A stretch of 64,000 nt of DNA from Fimicolochytrium jonesii. Lineage: Eukaryota. The translations under genes were made by a program, and so were the position numbers. Below are positions 39,643 to 52,600 of this stretch, in pieces. The stretch's first letter is position 1, and each line of letters starts with the position of its first letter. The stretch is taken from positions 496,001-560,000 of the forward strand of contig NW_026515668.1 of NCBI RefSeq assembly GCF_025526975.1, given 5' to 3'. The notes below the pieces were generated by a model. That model worked only from the letters and a program-made list of their open reading frames with translations. It was not told the DNA's origin and ran no database searches.

Positions 39643-42600
39643 TTATTCGTCAAGTCGTGTGGTGGCAAAGGCACCTTTCGAGTACCACTCGGCAATGACA
39701 GCGAATCGATCATCGGCGGTTTCCAACTATAAAAAACGTAACACGATGAGACCATAGTACAAGGGGAATATCAAGGGGTTTCCAACCGCGCCAAACCTTA
39801 TGCATGAAGACATCGTGTCTTGTGGCATTTGCCTCCTGGCTTAATACAAGATCTTGAATCAAGCGATGCTCCGGCGCGCATCGTGGACATTCTTGATCGG
39901 CATCGCCCAAACATCTGAATAGGGGAGTCATCAGCATCCACGCCGATCCGGTGATTATCTGGTATTTCCAGCAATCCGAAAAACTCATCGTTACCTCTGG
40001 TGATACGAGTGCTTGCAAAGAAAATGTATCGTCGGCAGCTCCAATGGTTGACGGCAGATTTCGCATTTCGTGACCTGGAAGACGACGGGTCTTTGAGAGA
40101 CATGATACGTGAGGAGTGCGATTTAGAAGACGCGCAGGTTATTATGTGCTTACTTGGTCCGTATCTCGTCAATCTGCTCTTTCATTTGCCGCGTTTCTTC
40201 CCGATAACTCGTTATCAGATTCTGAGACTAGCGCGCGTATAAACGGCGATTAAGAGCCATCCTCTCTCGCTTGGTATGCGGTTGGTTAACACGTACCTCT
40301 TCGATAGCTTTCCGCTCGGACTCGACCCTCCGAATGATATAGTCTTTCACCATCCCAATGGTTACAGACGGGTTGCGCGCCAGCACTTGTATGACCTGCA
40401 ATGGCGGAAGCAGACTCTTTCGATCGATGGTGTCCAGAACCTCCAGAAGCTCTGCTTGCGGATTGGGCCCGCCCAATCCAGTCCCTTGTTCGGCGAAAAA
40501 TGCGAGTGCTTGGGTCCAGAGCCCGATATCTGCGTCTCTGTTGGCATGTGTGTGTCAGCAGTCACTTGGTGGTACAAGGTGTCGATAGCCGCGAAGCTCA
40601 CCCGTATTCTTTACACGTCGCAATCACACTTGCGTAATCGCCTGCGTCCATATGCTGTTGCAGGATGTCCTTGTGTCTAAAACCCTTTGGATCAACAAAC
40701 CGCAGATGGCCGATTTCGCCGAACGAGAGACTTACAACGACATTTTTTGATACAGATATAGCGTCCCAGCCTCAAATTTGTGTGTCCTGCACAGGATCAA
40801 TGCATGATTCAGGTCGTACGTAGCCTGCCATCGGGTAGGAAACATCGTCAGCTGAAGTATATGTACTCGACGTTCCCAATAGACTTAGGATCTTACATTT
40901 GGATTCCGAAGGAGCTCGTCTGCGTTCATTCGCCACCGGGCTAGGGTTGGCGCATCAACGATCGCGATAGGCGATGCCGGAGGCTATTGGGAAGTACACT
41001 CAGTAAGCCCAACATCCGCCCGTCATTTCTACGCTGACTTCCAATCTTACTTCATCATTTGAGACGTCATCGACAGGTACATGACCTCCGCCCAAATAGA
41101 GCTCCAGCAAAGTGTTGCAAACTACTTTCTTGCTGGCGTTATCTTGTTCGACACTCTCCGCTTGTGCTGGGCTACTTTCCGCTTTCGCGCCGTCCTTCAC
41201 CTGCTTTGCTGGCTGCTTCCCTTTCCCTCCGATCGAGAGCTGCCATTTGCTTTCCAGAATCCTTTCTAGGAACGTGATGCACCACTCCCCCTGATTGACA
41301 TAGAGATGTATGAAGTCCTCTGGTTTGGCGCTGGGACTGTCAGAGTCCGTTGGTCGTGGCGAGCAAAGTCTGAGTAGTAATTGTGTCATCTCCGCTGGCA
41401 TCTCCGTGACGAGAGTGTAACCGTATTTCGCAAGCGATCTTTTGCTTTCGGAAAGTTCCATAGCTTCAACGTATTTAACAGCTTGGGCGTAATCCTTCAG
41501 GTCCTCGACCTGGATTCGTAGGTACCACTCGTTTTCTCCAAACTTCTTCGCAAGATATAGCGCATGGCTGTAATATCTTCCCTGGCGGCACACTCGGATG
41601 GCGGTTTCTACGTCGAATTTGAGCTCTTTGCCGGTCTTGATGAACTCGTCTAACCGTCGCACATCTTTGAGTTTGGTATAACAATTGAGTAACAGCGTTG
41701 TATGGTCTGCATTGGCGAGGCCTTTCTCGTGTAGCGCTTGCAGGTACGACGTCAAATTGTGGATGCGCTGAGCATCCAAGAACTTTCGTATCACATACGA
41801 CGGCTCCAGATGCCCGATAGTCTGAATGTACTGCTCCATGGCAGAGTCGTACTCGCTTTTCGAGTAAAGCCAATCGGCGTACTTCTTATAGATTTCCACC
41901 AATGTTCCATAGTCGTAATCCCCGCCGATCGGCATGGTTGGCGATGACACTGGGGCGTCTGCGCTAGGCGGCGCATGCGGCGCGTTGCAGACTACGTTGA
42001 TAGCCAAGGAGTACATGTTCTTCTTGAACAGGATATCGAGTTTGGTATCCATGTCTTTCTCCATGAGTTTGTAAAGCTGTTTCGACGCGTCGGTTAGCAG
42101 CAGCCCATGTCATCTTAAATGAGACGTTTCTACCCACTCTGTGATCTTCCGTTAGGACATATAGCTCACCCCACTCACTTAGCACAGACTTTATCGCCTG
42201 CGCCCTAGAACCCACCCCGCCGAACGTGCCGGTGTAGGCGATGAACTTGTTCTTTAGGTCATATAAAGTCAAGATAGTTCCGGGCATCGTTTCCGATGGG
42301 GCTGTATCCAGAACGGATCTGCTTTCGGCGTCGATGAAGTCCGATAATGCAGATTGGCGACTTGGTGCAGGAGGTGCCTCGCGCGAAACGACCACCAGGT
42401 AGTTTCGCACCCATGTTAAGGACGCTTTATGGCCTAGTAGAGTATCGATGTTTATTACGGCAAAACATGACTTGAACGCGGTTGCTCTCGTTTGTGCGCA
42501 CCCTCAATGACAAAGCATGGTCCTCTCCCATCCAATCCATAGAAGTATACTGCCTGTGCGTCATCACCTTAAGATTGCATGAACTGCATTCCACTGCTAA

Positions 42601-43726
42601 CGTGGCCACGTACCTCTTTCCTGCCCACCACAATCTCCTGATTCGTCTCTTGCGGTGTCAGAATGACCGTATCTAGGTCCCCCCCTTCTTCGTCCAGTGT
42701 TTGCTGAAGTGCCAAGGGCTCTTCTCAGCAACAACCCCTACCCAGGCCCCGGTCGCCCAAGATACCACCCACCTTCACATCCTTGCCTGAGGTATCGCAG
42801 GTCAATATTCGTGCCAGGGTTACTATATACAGGATGGTCCTTTTGCCGTCCTCGTAAAAGCCAAGCCCTGTGAGTCTTCTCGTAAGTTCCCATGAATGGC
42901 GCGTAATTGCAGTTGCTCAGGCTAACCGGTAATCATCTCGCTGCCCTCATGAATGATCTTCGACTTGGTGAATCTGTCCCGCGAAATGTCTCCTCGGATC
43001 ACGATAACGACTCCATTCTCCAGCCCGATCGCCACCTGCGTCATATTTTCCAAAACGGCTATTGCCGTGACCTGTGCGGTGCCTTGGGTAAATTCAACGC
43101 AATGTAGGGCAATCTTCATGAATGTCCAAGCCTACCGGAAAAACCTTCTGGCCATATTGAATCTTGCTCGTCCGTTGAAGACCAGGTGTTTTCGCGTTCC
43201 TGTCCAACTTGTCTAAGTTCCACACCTTTACAATCGGTATTCCGTGCTCATCCTCCTGTGAAGCCAAACTGCTTTAGCTCGAGTCCACGACTATCTCAAG
43301 CTGTACTAACTGCACTCACCCCGACGGACACAAGCTGGTTCTTGAATTTCATATGTCTCAAGTGAGTGACGCGCCCCTCGTGAGCTTGGAAGCTGAACAC
43401 GACGCTCATCGAGTGGTTCAATATGATGACTACGCCGGAGGCATGTGGAAGGGACAAATGGAGTAAGACATGGTTCAGGAACATAAGGAGGTGAACTGAT
43501 ACGATACTCATCTCCATAGAAAAGGTGACCTCTGCCATGGGAACTTGCGGTCACTTCCAGGTCCTGAACATAAAGGAACGAAGGTTACTTCCTCACGTCA
43601 TCTAGATAGGGCTGTGGGAGGAACGACCGCTACCTTGAGCCACTGAGGTGCCTCCCCCGGCTCCGAGGAGCTGGCGACCAGCTCTTGGTCGAAAAAGGTG
43701 AACTGCCGCCACTGAATTACAGTCAT
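39643..43726 (-). CDS. VPS11: HOPS/CORVET subunit Vps11, multi-exon
   Basis: QWRQFTFFD N-terminus, LEPSYVIRKFLDAQRIHNLTSYL, NADHTTLLLNCYTKLKD and a C-terminal RING (ECPRC). Confidence 0.95.
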
Positions 43727-43996
43727 TTTACGTGGTGATCTAGCGTATGCCAACCTTGGGAGAGACTAAGGACAAAGGATATGGGCCACCGCTGGCTCTT
43801 CCAAAGATGTGACGTTTGCAAATCGATCTCGACAGCGCGTGTACAGTAGCGCGTCAAACCGACAGTGTCAAAACATCGACTTTTTCCTTTTGAGATCGGA
43901 AATCTCGGCTGTGGTTTGGCATAGTATCGACTACCTCCTCGTACTACAGATCTTTACCCTGTTTTGATCTGGAAATCACATCAAGATTGGGAAGAA

Positions 43997-46900
43997 ATGA
44001 CAGAGAAGGCTTGCTCTCAGAGTGAAAGTCTAACCATTCAAGCCCACAAAGTGGATGGGATCCAGATCACAGCCAATGTGCGCAAACCGAAACGGCAGAT
44101 ATCTGTCTCTTTCAAAACCAAGGTAGTGTGGCTGCGAATCACAATCTGAAACACTTTCTGATGGTAAGGCTCATATAGACACTCCTATAGGCACGCCGTA
44201 GCCCTTTACCACATGAGGAGAGAAACTCAGCGGTCAGACAGGAGAAGCAGCCGATATCGAGAGCTTCCAGCCGGATATCAAAGAGACCCGCATGGAATAC
44301 AGGTGGTGGATCAGCTACGGAGAGAATCGCAAAGAAGCCGATCTCGGGCGCCAAACCTTTCATGCAACCTATCGAAGCGCCACATCTCGCAAGGAAGACA
44401 GAGGTATCTCCAATCGAAGACCTGCGGCAAAGTCCTATCCCTACGCTGAATCTTACGGACGAATCACATATATCGATCACAACGGGCTCGACGTCACCCA
44501 ACATAGCCCAGCCATCACTACCATCGGAAATATCACGATCAAACGGCGACCCAGAGCCATGTCCTGGATTACTGGAACTGGCCCCGGCCGCCGAGAGTTT
44601 AGATGCGGAAACTCAGAGTGTCCCAATTGCGTCAGATACCGCTCATATGCCGTCGCCGCCATTCCCAGACGGTCCCAGATCTGTCATCGGTGCATCGTCT
44701 GTCGAGGAGATGTTTTCCGGGCTATCGAGCTTGGAAAGGGAGTACCTATCAGAAGGCAGCCCACAAAAGTCGCGGCATACGGTAACAATGGCCCCAGATG
44801 GAGACTTCAACGCAACCGTGTTAGATTTCCGGAGATCCACTCGATCTGAGCCTGGTCCGTTGCCGACATGCTCGGAGGTTTCCGAGAGCAGTGGAAGCGC
44901 GGAAGGACACCCAGCACAAGATGTCCCGGGGTCATGGGCCTCTGCAAACCTCCCCATTCCATCATTGCCCACCAACCCGGCATCAGTGCTCGCCATTCGG
45001 CATGAGCATTTGAGAGCTGATCCTCCACTACCCCAAAGACACTATGCCCGACCTGCTTCTCGTGCCGAGACGTCCGCGACACATTCCGCTGACTACCGGC
45101 ACTCCATTGATCGACGAGACCGCATCAGACCCAGTACAGCCACCTCGGTTGTATCAACGGATGACAGAAGTGAATACAGCTTCAAGGATGATCCCACGTC
45201 ACGGCGGGTGGACAGGATTCTAGACTTTCTGAAAGGCGTTGAGGAGGATGATTCCAAGAGCGCCGCGGAGCTACACGCAAAGCAAAGTGATTTTGAGAGC
45301 ATCTTGGGCGGAAGTAACAGGTAAGCTTAGAGAAGGGGTGGATATGCCGGCAGATTGTACTTCATCTGATCGCTTATCTTCGTAGCACATCAGGATTGAA
45401 AAGTCAAATGGGGAACTCAGGTTGGCAACAGTTGCGTTGGACCGATTACGTCCGTACTGAACGAGCTCTGACGCATTCTTTAGCCGCAGTGTTCGACGGG
45501 GTCAAGGCCAAGATAATCGGCCAGCAGATGGAATTGGACGAGAAGACGAGAACACTCAGCATGCTGAAGAAAGAGTTGAAGAAGCTGAAGGACAATATGC
45601 GTGAGCAGACACTAGAATCGTATGTGAATCGTCTTGACGGGGGCACTCCTATCTGGTATAATGATGATTAACAGAACCTGACGGACGATGCAGACGGAAG
45701 GAGTTGAAGTCTAAGCTGGCAATGCAGCGCAAGGAGTACGAGACGATCATCAAACGGCATCTAACGTTTATTGACAAGCTGCTCGCCGAGAAAGAGGAAC
45801 TCACAAAGAAGTGTGAGGGTCTCACCGGGGAGGTGAAGGGATTGGAGAAACAGTTCCGAGACAGGGTACTTCATGAATGAAGTACACAAGGCTTCCAATT
45901 GCATTCCGTCTCATCATCGTTTTGTTATCGTAGTCTAGGGTGCTGGAAGAGCAGCATGAAAAGGATCTGAAACAACAGAAAGAGCTTTGGCATTCAGCCG
46001 AGAAGCTCAAGCGGGATAAATGGATACAAGAGAAAACAAAAGCTATTAAAGACCAGACCATCAAAGGACTGGAACCTGAGATCCAGAGAATGCTCGCTGT
46101 AAGCACCTCACCACACGTTCTCGAGAGTGACAGAGCAGTATGCTGATCCAAAGCTCGGGTGACATATCTAGCAACACAAGCAGCAGATCCGCCAGCTGGA
46201 GGAGAAGTACCGGGAAGAAGTTGTGAAAGAGAAAAGCATCCTTGTCGAGCAGCAGCAGCGGCAAATGGTAAGTTCGATGAGACATATCTCTCTTCCACTT
46301 GAACCCGAACTCACGAATGCGGTCTTCTCGTACAGGAAGGCATGCGAGACCGAATCGTCGCAGAGCGACAAAGAGCTTGCGAAGAGGAGAGGGAGTTCTC
46401 AAGGCAGCGGTATCAAAAGCAGCTGGAACGAGATGAGCTGGAGTTCCAACAGCAAAAGCGCAAGCTTCTGGCGGAATTTGACGAGCAAAAGCATGCCATA
46501 TCCGAATCTGCCAAGCAAGAAAGGCAAAACGAAGAGCTGGTCCACCGGAAACAACTGGAGGAGATACGCCGACAGCTTGACGCGGAACGTGAGGCCAAGG
46601 CGCACGCGTTGGAGGACCTGCGTAGGAGGCAGAATGCAGAGGTGGGTTGTTTGGAAACGGAGCCACAGCTTCGGGTTCATCTACCAACTACAAATTTGAA
46701 CGCAGTCGACGACTTTGCGGGAGAAACTGGCCATCGAGAGAGAAGAGTGGCAGGCTCAATACATGGCAAAGCAAGAGGCCGAGATGCGCACGCGTGAGGT
46801 ACCAACCCTCTGCCTGACAACACCGGGAACAGTTCATAGGAGGGAGTCAAGCTAATTTCTCTTGCAGAAACAATTCAAGGAAAAGCTCATACGCGAACGC

Positions 46901-47788
46901 GATAGCGAAATCGAGATGGTTGTGCAGCGCTTGGAATCCGAAACGAGCTCTAATTCAAGCGAAGGAGTGCGAAGACATCGGTTGGAGATTGAGCGCATCC
47001 GGTCAGAGGTTGCTGACGAGATCAAGCAGGTGAGACGAGCGTACCGACTTTGGAGTTTGTTGCGTCCTTACTGATTTGGCATGATAGCTGCGGGATCAGC
47101 ATAGTCTCGCTTTAGACAAGGTCGTGAGCGCCCAGAACGAAAAACGACTGGCGGAAGAAACATTGAAAGGCTTCGAGAAGAAGCTGCTTCAGTTGCAATA
47201 CGAATCCACGGCGAAGGACAATCTGATCCGGGATCAGAAGACCGAGTTGACGAGGCTGAAAGTCGACGAGCAGACTCTTATGGAAGCGATTCGTAAGTTC
47301 ATAAAACATTCATCGGTAATCCGAACGGCATCTGAACATGGTTCTCATCCAACCAGGGAAGGACTTCGTTGACCAAATCGATGCCAAGGAAGAAGCGTTG
47401 ACGCACTGCAAAGATCAACTAGCACAACATGATCAGGAAATGGAAGCAACGCGACACTTGCATAATCAACGACTCGAGGAGTTGAGACAAGAGAAGGTGG
47501 GCCTTTTGTTTGATTGTGTAGAGGATCATGCGAAAAGCCGTTAACCAGCCCAAGCAGGAGCACACAATACAAATGATAGAAGAGCAGGTTCGAAAGGCAA
47601 TGGGCGCTAAGGATCAAGTCATCGGTAGCCTTAAAGCTGAAGCACAAGACCTGGGCATCAAGAACAAGTATCTAGAGCAGATCATAGAAAAGCAGCGACA
47701 GGTACGTTCCCTTTTCGCATCTCATCATCGAAGCTGTGAAGAGCGATTTCCCAACCTTGATGATCCCTCATAGGAACTCCTTACATAA
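43997..47788 (+). CDS. CEP131: Centrosomal/ciliary coiled-coil protein CEP131 (AZI1), multi-exon
   Basis: RHLTFIDKLLAEKEEL, AEKLKRDKWIQEKTKAIKDQTIKGLEPEIQRML, RERDSEIEMVVQRLE. Confidence 0.85.
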
Positions 47789-47909
47789 AACACATCAAGT
47801 CAAACGAATGTACATAGCTCTGAGGACTACCAGCCTCTTTCACATCTCCCAATCTCCCGTAAGGATGCATTTACAGACGTATGTATCCTTTAAGGGTCCT
47901 CTACGGAAA

Positions 47910-47927
47910 AACGCGTGTCCCGTAGTG
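47910..47927 (-). repeat. Orphan CACTA-type terminus sequence (minus strand CACTACGGGACACGCGTT)
   Basis: 17/18 identical, same orientation, to 57099-57116; followed by TA on the + strand. Confidence 0.65.
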
Positions 47928-48057
47928 TACAGGATTAGACCAGAATTGTCAATCCTTCTCCCTGTCTGGACCGGGGCGAGTTGTCTGGACGATCCCCTCA
48001 CGGCTTAGCTGGACGATATACCATCTGCGCTTATATACAGTATCTTCCCGTCATATT

Positions 48058-49470
48058 ATGGCACCTCACAAAGGGTGTGGTGGTATGGTGACCCAGCAGC
48101 AACGACGCAAACGAGAAGCTCCTCATGCCATTGTTCACAGCATGGCTATCGAAATTCAGCATACCCACACCAGTGACACCACCGTGCCAAGCCAGAGCTA
48201 CGAGCAACTTACGATAGAGGAGTTTTCTGCGGTGGCCACTGTCAGCTCACAGATCATTGCTCAAGCCAATTCCCACTTTGCTGCATTGACATACATCTGC
48301 GAACGGTTGAAGAGAACCTATCCCCTTCTCACATCAGGAGAATGCGGGTCTGTAACGCCCCTGATAGCCTCTCTACTTCACGAGTCGAACATTGCGCAAA
48401 CCGCTTCCAGCAACATTCGCAACGGGGATATTGGAGGCAACGCCGCGCTGAGGGGCTGGGAACCTCTAGTCCTGCTGCTGCAGACACAACCATCGGCGCC
48501 AACTTCAGACCGCGCGACGCCCGTCTTCAGGAAGATCATGGAGATCCACGCACTTGGGTTCTGCGATGTGATCAGTGATAGCATTCTTATAGGGGCACTC
48601 TGGAAGCGAAACCAGGTCCCGGGAACTCTGGAGCCGACGCATGTAGAAACATCAAAAGCCATCCAACACCTTCTTTCCACCAAGCGTCGAATCTACGCAC
48701 TCTCCCTACGCCGCCGCAAGTTTGGTGTCCTACGTTTCGACAACGCCAATGATGAGAACACAACCTGGACGGCAATGTGTGAGCAGCTAGCAGAACTGCC
48801 CACCAAACGGAGCATCCGATCCACATCAATTATACCTATCTTTTCAAATGCAAAGCGAAACCTCTACCGCATGCACATTGATTGGTGCCCAACAGACGAC
48901 GTTTTCCCTCTTTCGGTGGCCTTTCTATCGCAAACTCCTCAATTCCATCGCCTATCGCAAACTTCTCGTGCACTTGTGTGCACAACGGTAGAATCTGTTG
49001 CATGCACGCTCAACCCGGGGCTTCCACATATGACTCGCAGGGCTGGGACTGAGTCAACCTCTGATGGCGCATCCAACCAAACCAGATCACATCAACGGCA
49101 TCGCAGTCTTAGAGTAGGATTCTACGCCAATTTGCTAGGGGATGTGGTGGAGAAGATGGATCTGGACGACGATGAGCGGGCTTCAATGGTGATCGACCTC
49201 GCCATCACACCCCAATCCCTCCCCTGGGAGGAGCAACCAGTCAGCGTAGCTTCCGTGCGCCTAGTCTTGGATCAACCGGGTGACAGGCTCATAGAGGCTT
49301 TGTCCGTCAAACAAAGAGAATCAAAAGAATCAGAGAAGGAGACAGAGGGAGCAGGCACGCCAGTAAAGTTCCGGAAGTTTACCATTGAGCAAGGCGATGA
49401 TGGGAAACTCCGGTTGTATGCCGAGAAGCGTGTGCGAATGCGACCCGCACCCAGAGAACAGGGTCGATAG
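48058..49470 (+). CDS. Intronless 470-aa orphan ORF convergent with the Fanzor gene
   Basis: Long open frame with no introns, unlike most host genes here; no family recognised. Confidence 0.6.
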   Translation: MAPHKGCGGMVTQQQRRKREAPHAIVHSMAIEIQHTHTSDTTVPSQSYEQLTIEEFSAVATVSSQIIAQANSHFAALTYICERLKRTYPLLTSGECGSVTPLIASLLHESNIAQTASSNIRNGDIGGNAALRGWEPLVLLLQTQPSAPTSDRATPVFRKIMEIHALGFCDVISDSILIGALWKRNQVPGTLEPTHVETSKAIQHLLSTKRRIYALSLRRRKFGVLRFDNANDENTTWTAMCEQLAELPTKRSIRSTSIIPIFSNAKRNLYRMHIDWCPTDDVFPLSVAFLSQTPQFHRLSQTSRALVCTTVESVACTLNPGLPHMTRRAGTESTSDGASNQTRSHQRHRSLRVGFYANLLGDVVEKMDLDDDERASMVIDLAITPQSLPWEEQPVSVASVRLVLDQPGDRLIEALSVKQRESKESEKETEGAGTPVKFRKFTIEQGDDGKLRLYAEKRVRMRPAPREQGR

Positions 49471-49530
49471 TCGATAGATAGTCACGACCCAGAGCACCCA
49501 GAGAACAGGGTCGACAGTCGATAGATAGTC
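49441..49530. repeat. Tandem duplication (37-bp core, 1 mismatch) spanning the ORF stop; each copy has a CGACCC..GGGTCG stem
   Basis: GCACCCAGAGAACAGGGTCGA(T/C)AGTCGATAGATAGTC at 49447-49483 and 49494-49530. Confidence 0.85.
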
Positions 49531-49684
49531 GCATTGTACACGCTCTCACGGAAATTGTAGTGGTTCAATAATTTTAATATACATTACACATTTGAGAACA
49601 TCTACGCCCTCACCAATCATCGGAGGGAAGGGCGTGAATGCACTAGACTACTAAGAAGAAGGAGATACGCCGTGCAAATATAAT

Positions 49685-52600
49685 CTACGGTCTATCCAAG
49701 GGAATGGCATCTGGCTCAGTGACTGCCTCTACGCCCTTCGGATTCCACTCTGATATTGCCTTGGCCATGACAAGGTTCAAATTGCTACGCGGTGCATTCT
49801 CGTCACGGTCCATTTTATTCCCGCAGTTGATGTCTGAACAGAGGAATCTCCGACCTCGTAGCTTCCCCGAAAGGCGCTTACACTTGAAACAGGCCTGTGT
49901 GCTCCACGCTTCACTTGGATGGACTGTTTGTCCACATCCACGAACAGTCTGCCGATGCCCCAACGTCTCTCTGAGTGTCGCATGCTGGAGCGTCATGAGA
50001 ATTCGCTTGTTGAGCCGACTGAGCTGACCAACTCTCCTTTTCACTAGTTTTGGCACATCAAATGTGGGTAGAAGCACAATGTCGAACTTCTCGAGGAAGC
50101 TGGCCGTATGAATATGCAAGTGGTCGATCTTGTTACCAAGGCTGGCACGGAGTTTTTCGATTTCTTCAACGTGTTCCTCGCATACCCTCTCTCTCAGTTC
50201 CTGTTTTTGTTTGGGGATCACATCACGTAGCTGACAAGCGTGGGAAAGAAGGCCATCTCCAATGGTATCCTGAAAGTCCCTCTTGAAGATATCGCCGTCT
50301 AACAACGATTCGAGTGCTATGGCGTGAGCTCTCCATTTCTTCATCCGAGCATCGACCTCTTCTCTCAACTTCTCAATGTCAGGAACCCTCTCCAACATTT
50401 GACCAATGTGAGATTCGATCTTGTCCATCTTGCGGAGGGCCGGTGTGATGTATTCTGCGGATGGTCTACCAAATAGGATTGTGTCTCCATATGAAGTATA
50501 CCCGACCATAAACTTCTTGATGCCGGGATCGATGGAGATCATGGTCGGTAGACCAGGTATGGTGCTCCACGGCGTCTGCGTGTTCTGCTTTCGACGCTTG
50601 ACCCAAACATTCCATGTTCGCTTGACCCCTCTGAATGCTTCCGGGTCTAGGTCAGGGTCAAACTCCCATGGAATATAGTGTGTCTTTTGGCTGATAGCAG
50701 CCAGCCTTTTCAGGTAGAGTGCCTTGTACCGTGCACGCCTCGGGGATGTTGATGGGTATCTTTTTCCTGCTTCCAGAATCCGTTGGTCTCCGTCTTCAAT
50801 TGCCGGTGCAAGTGGAAGTTCGATCGCCGGTATGGGCAGCCTCTGCAGGGAGAGAGTGGCTTTCCACTGCCCCTTGTCATCCCGCGCATTCCGTGTCAGG
50901 TACAATGTCCTCCATTCGTAGTCGATATCTTTTCCTTGATAGCCACCCATCACGGATCTCTCACACGGGAATGGCAGCACATATCCACGTTCTCCGAATT
51001 TGATAATGTAGTCACTTGACCTCATCTCGTAGATGGTCAGCCTGCGGATGGTTGTTCTGTGCCGCCCGGGTATGGCATTATCTCGCATGCTTTGCCCACG
51101 CCCCAAAGTCGTCCTCAAGCCCTCACTGGTCTTCACAACCAGATCCAATTTTGCTCTAAAATCGACGGTGAGCCTCGCCTTGTTCCAGGCCTGACTCCCA
51201 AAGTGAAGGGCCGTCGAGTTGGCAACAAAGAAGTGCTTGGCGTACAATCTCGTCATAATGGACTCAAGATCTGTCAGCCGTTTTGTGGTTTCTAGGAAGT
51301 TGCTGGCGTGGGTCGCAAGTCTGGTTGTCATCGCGCCCAGGTCGGGGCCTCTGACTGTGGTGCCAATGATTTTCAGACCATGGTGCTTCGACAGTGCAAC
51401 CTGCAACTCCACAATCGATTTCACGCATTCAATGCGTAATTTTTGCACCAGGCTCATGTCCAGTGTCGCTCTCAAATCCACCGTCTCTTTTTTATCCACG
51501 ATGTCTTGATTTCGTTTACTGGCTCGGCCTGGATGTAGAGTCCAGACAACAGATTGTGCAAGGAATGCGATTGCGTTCTCCATTTTGACGAGTTCCTTTC
51601 GACGATTTGCAGAGGGATCAACTGACTCTTCCGCTTCGGGTGTTGCCTCGACCGCTTCGTTGTATGGGTATGGCAGTGACCCGTGTGTCAGGGCGTCCAA
51701 CACAAGAATGAATGTTTTATAGGCTGCCGCGCCTGGATTCCTCTGCCCGTAACAGGTTCCCTTGACCATTGCCCGATTCTTAACCGTCTTGCGGGAAAGA
51801 AGGAATTTCAGAGCAATCTTCTGCTCTGCCGTCACTTCCATTGTGACCGAGTGTTTTTTAAGAACTGCGGTGGCTTGCTTGATCGTCAGAGACAGTGTGA
51901 TGGAAGAGGTTTGGGTGGTGGTGGTGAGATCCAGTAAGTCGTCCGCCGCCCGCTTCCATTCGTCGCCCGTGTGCGGGAGCTCCACGTCTACCGTAGGATG
52001 GTTCTTTGAGGATAATTCTTCTACCGTCACAACTTTGTTCGGTGTGGTGGCACAGATCCGAAAACATTGCGCCTTCCGTTCCCACAGAGCCTTGAAGTTC
52101 TTCTTGCCGCCTGTGCCATCAGGTTCCCCATAAATACGATCCAGCTCAGCGGTATCCTCTGCACCGACAATCTCCATTGCCTTGGCTTTGTTGTCTGTAT
52201 CATCCCAATTCAAAAGGTCGATAAGGTGGTGGAATATGTGCTCGCATAGTAGGGCCTTGTCGTTCCCCTTTGCCCACTGTAACGATCGTGAAGGTGCAAT
52301 CATCCAGCACTCTGCGGGCTCCTCCGAATCGCGTTCAGCCACCACTAAGAATGCGGGGGATCTCTCTCTTCTTCCCGTCAGATCCTTGATCTTGTCTACC
52401 AGATCCTCCACATTCAGCTCCCCGGCCGTCCGCACTTCCAGCCAGCCATTACGCTCATAAGGGTCGGCCCATTCCCTCCCGCGCTGTGCAAGTAACAACA
52501 CGAGGCGGAATAATGCTGTTTCCGCAGCGGCAGGTGGCTTCTTTGAGAGGTGCTCTGCCCACGACCGCAGGAATATGAAGCGGTCTGGATCATCCACTCC

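Noticed and set aside
49549..49562. GTAGTG (CACTACAA on the minus strand) as the missing CACTA end
   Set aside because: Wrong orientation to pair with 57116, only 6 nt match, and no subterminal repeats.
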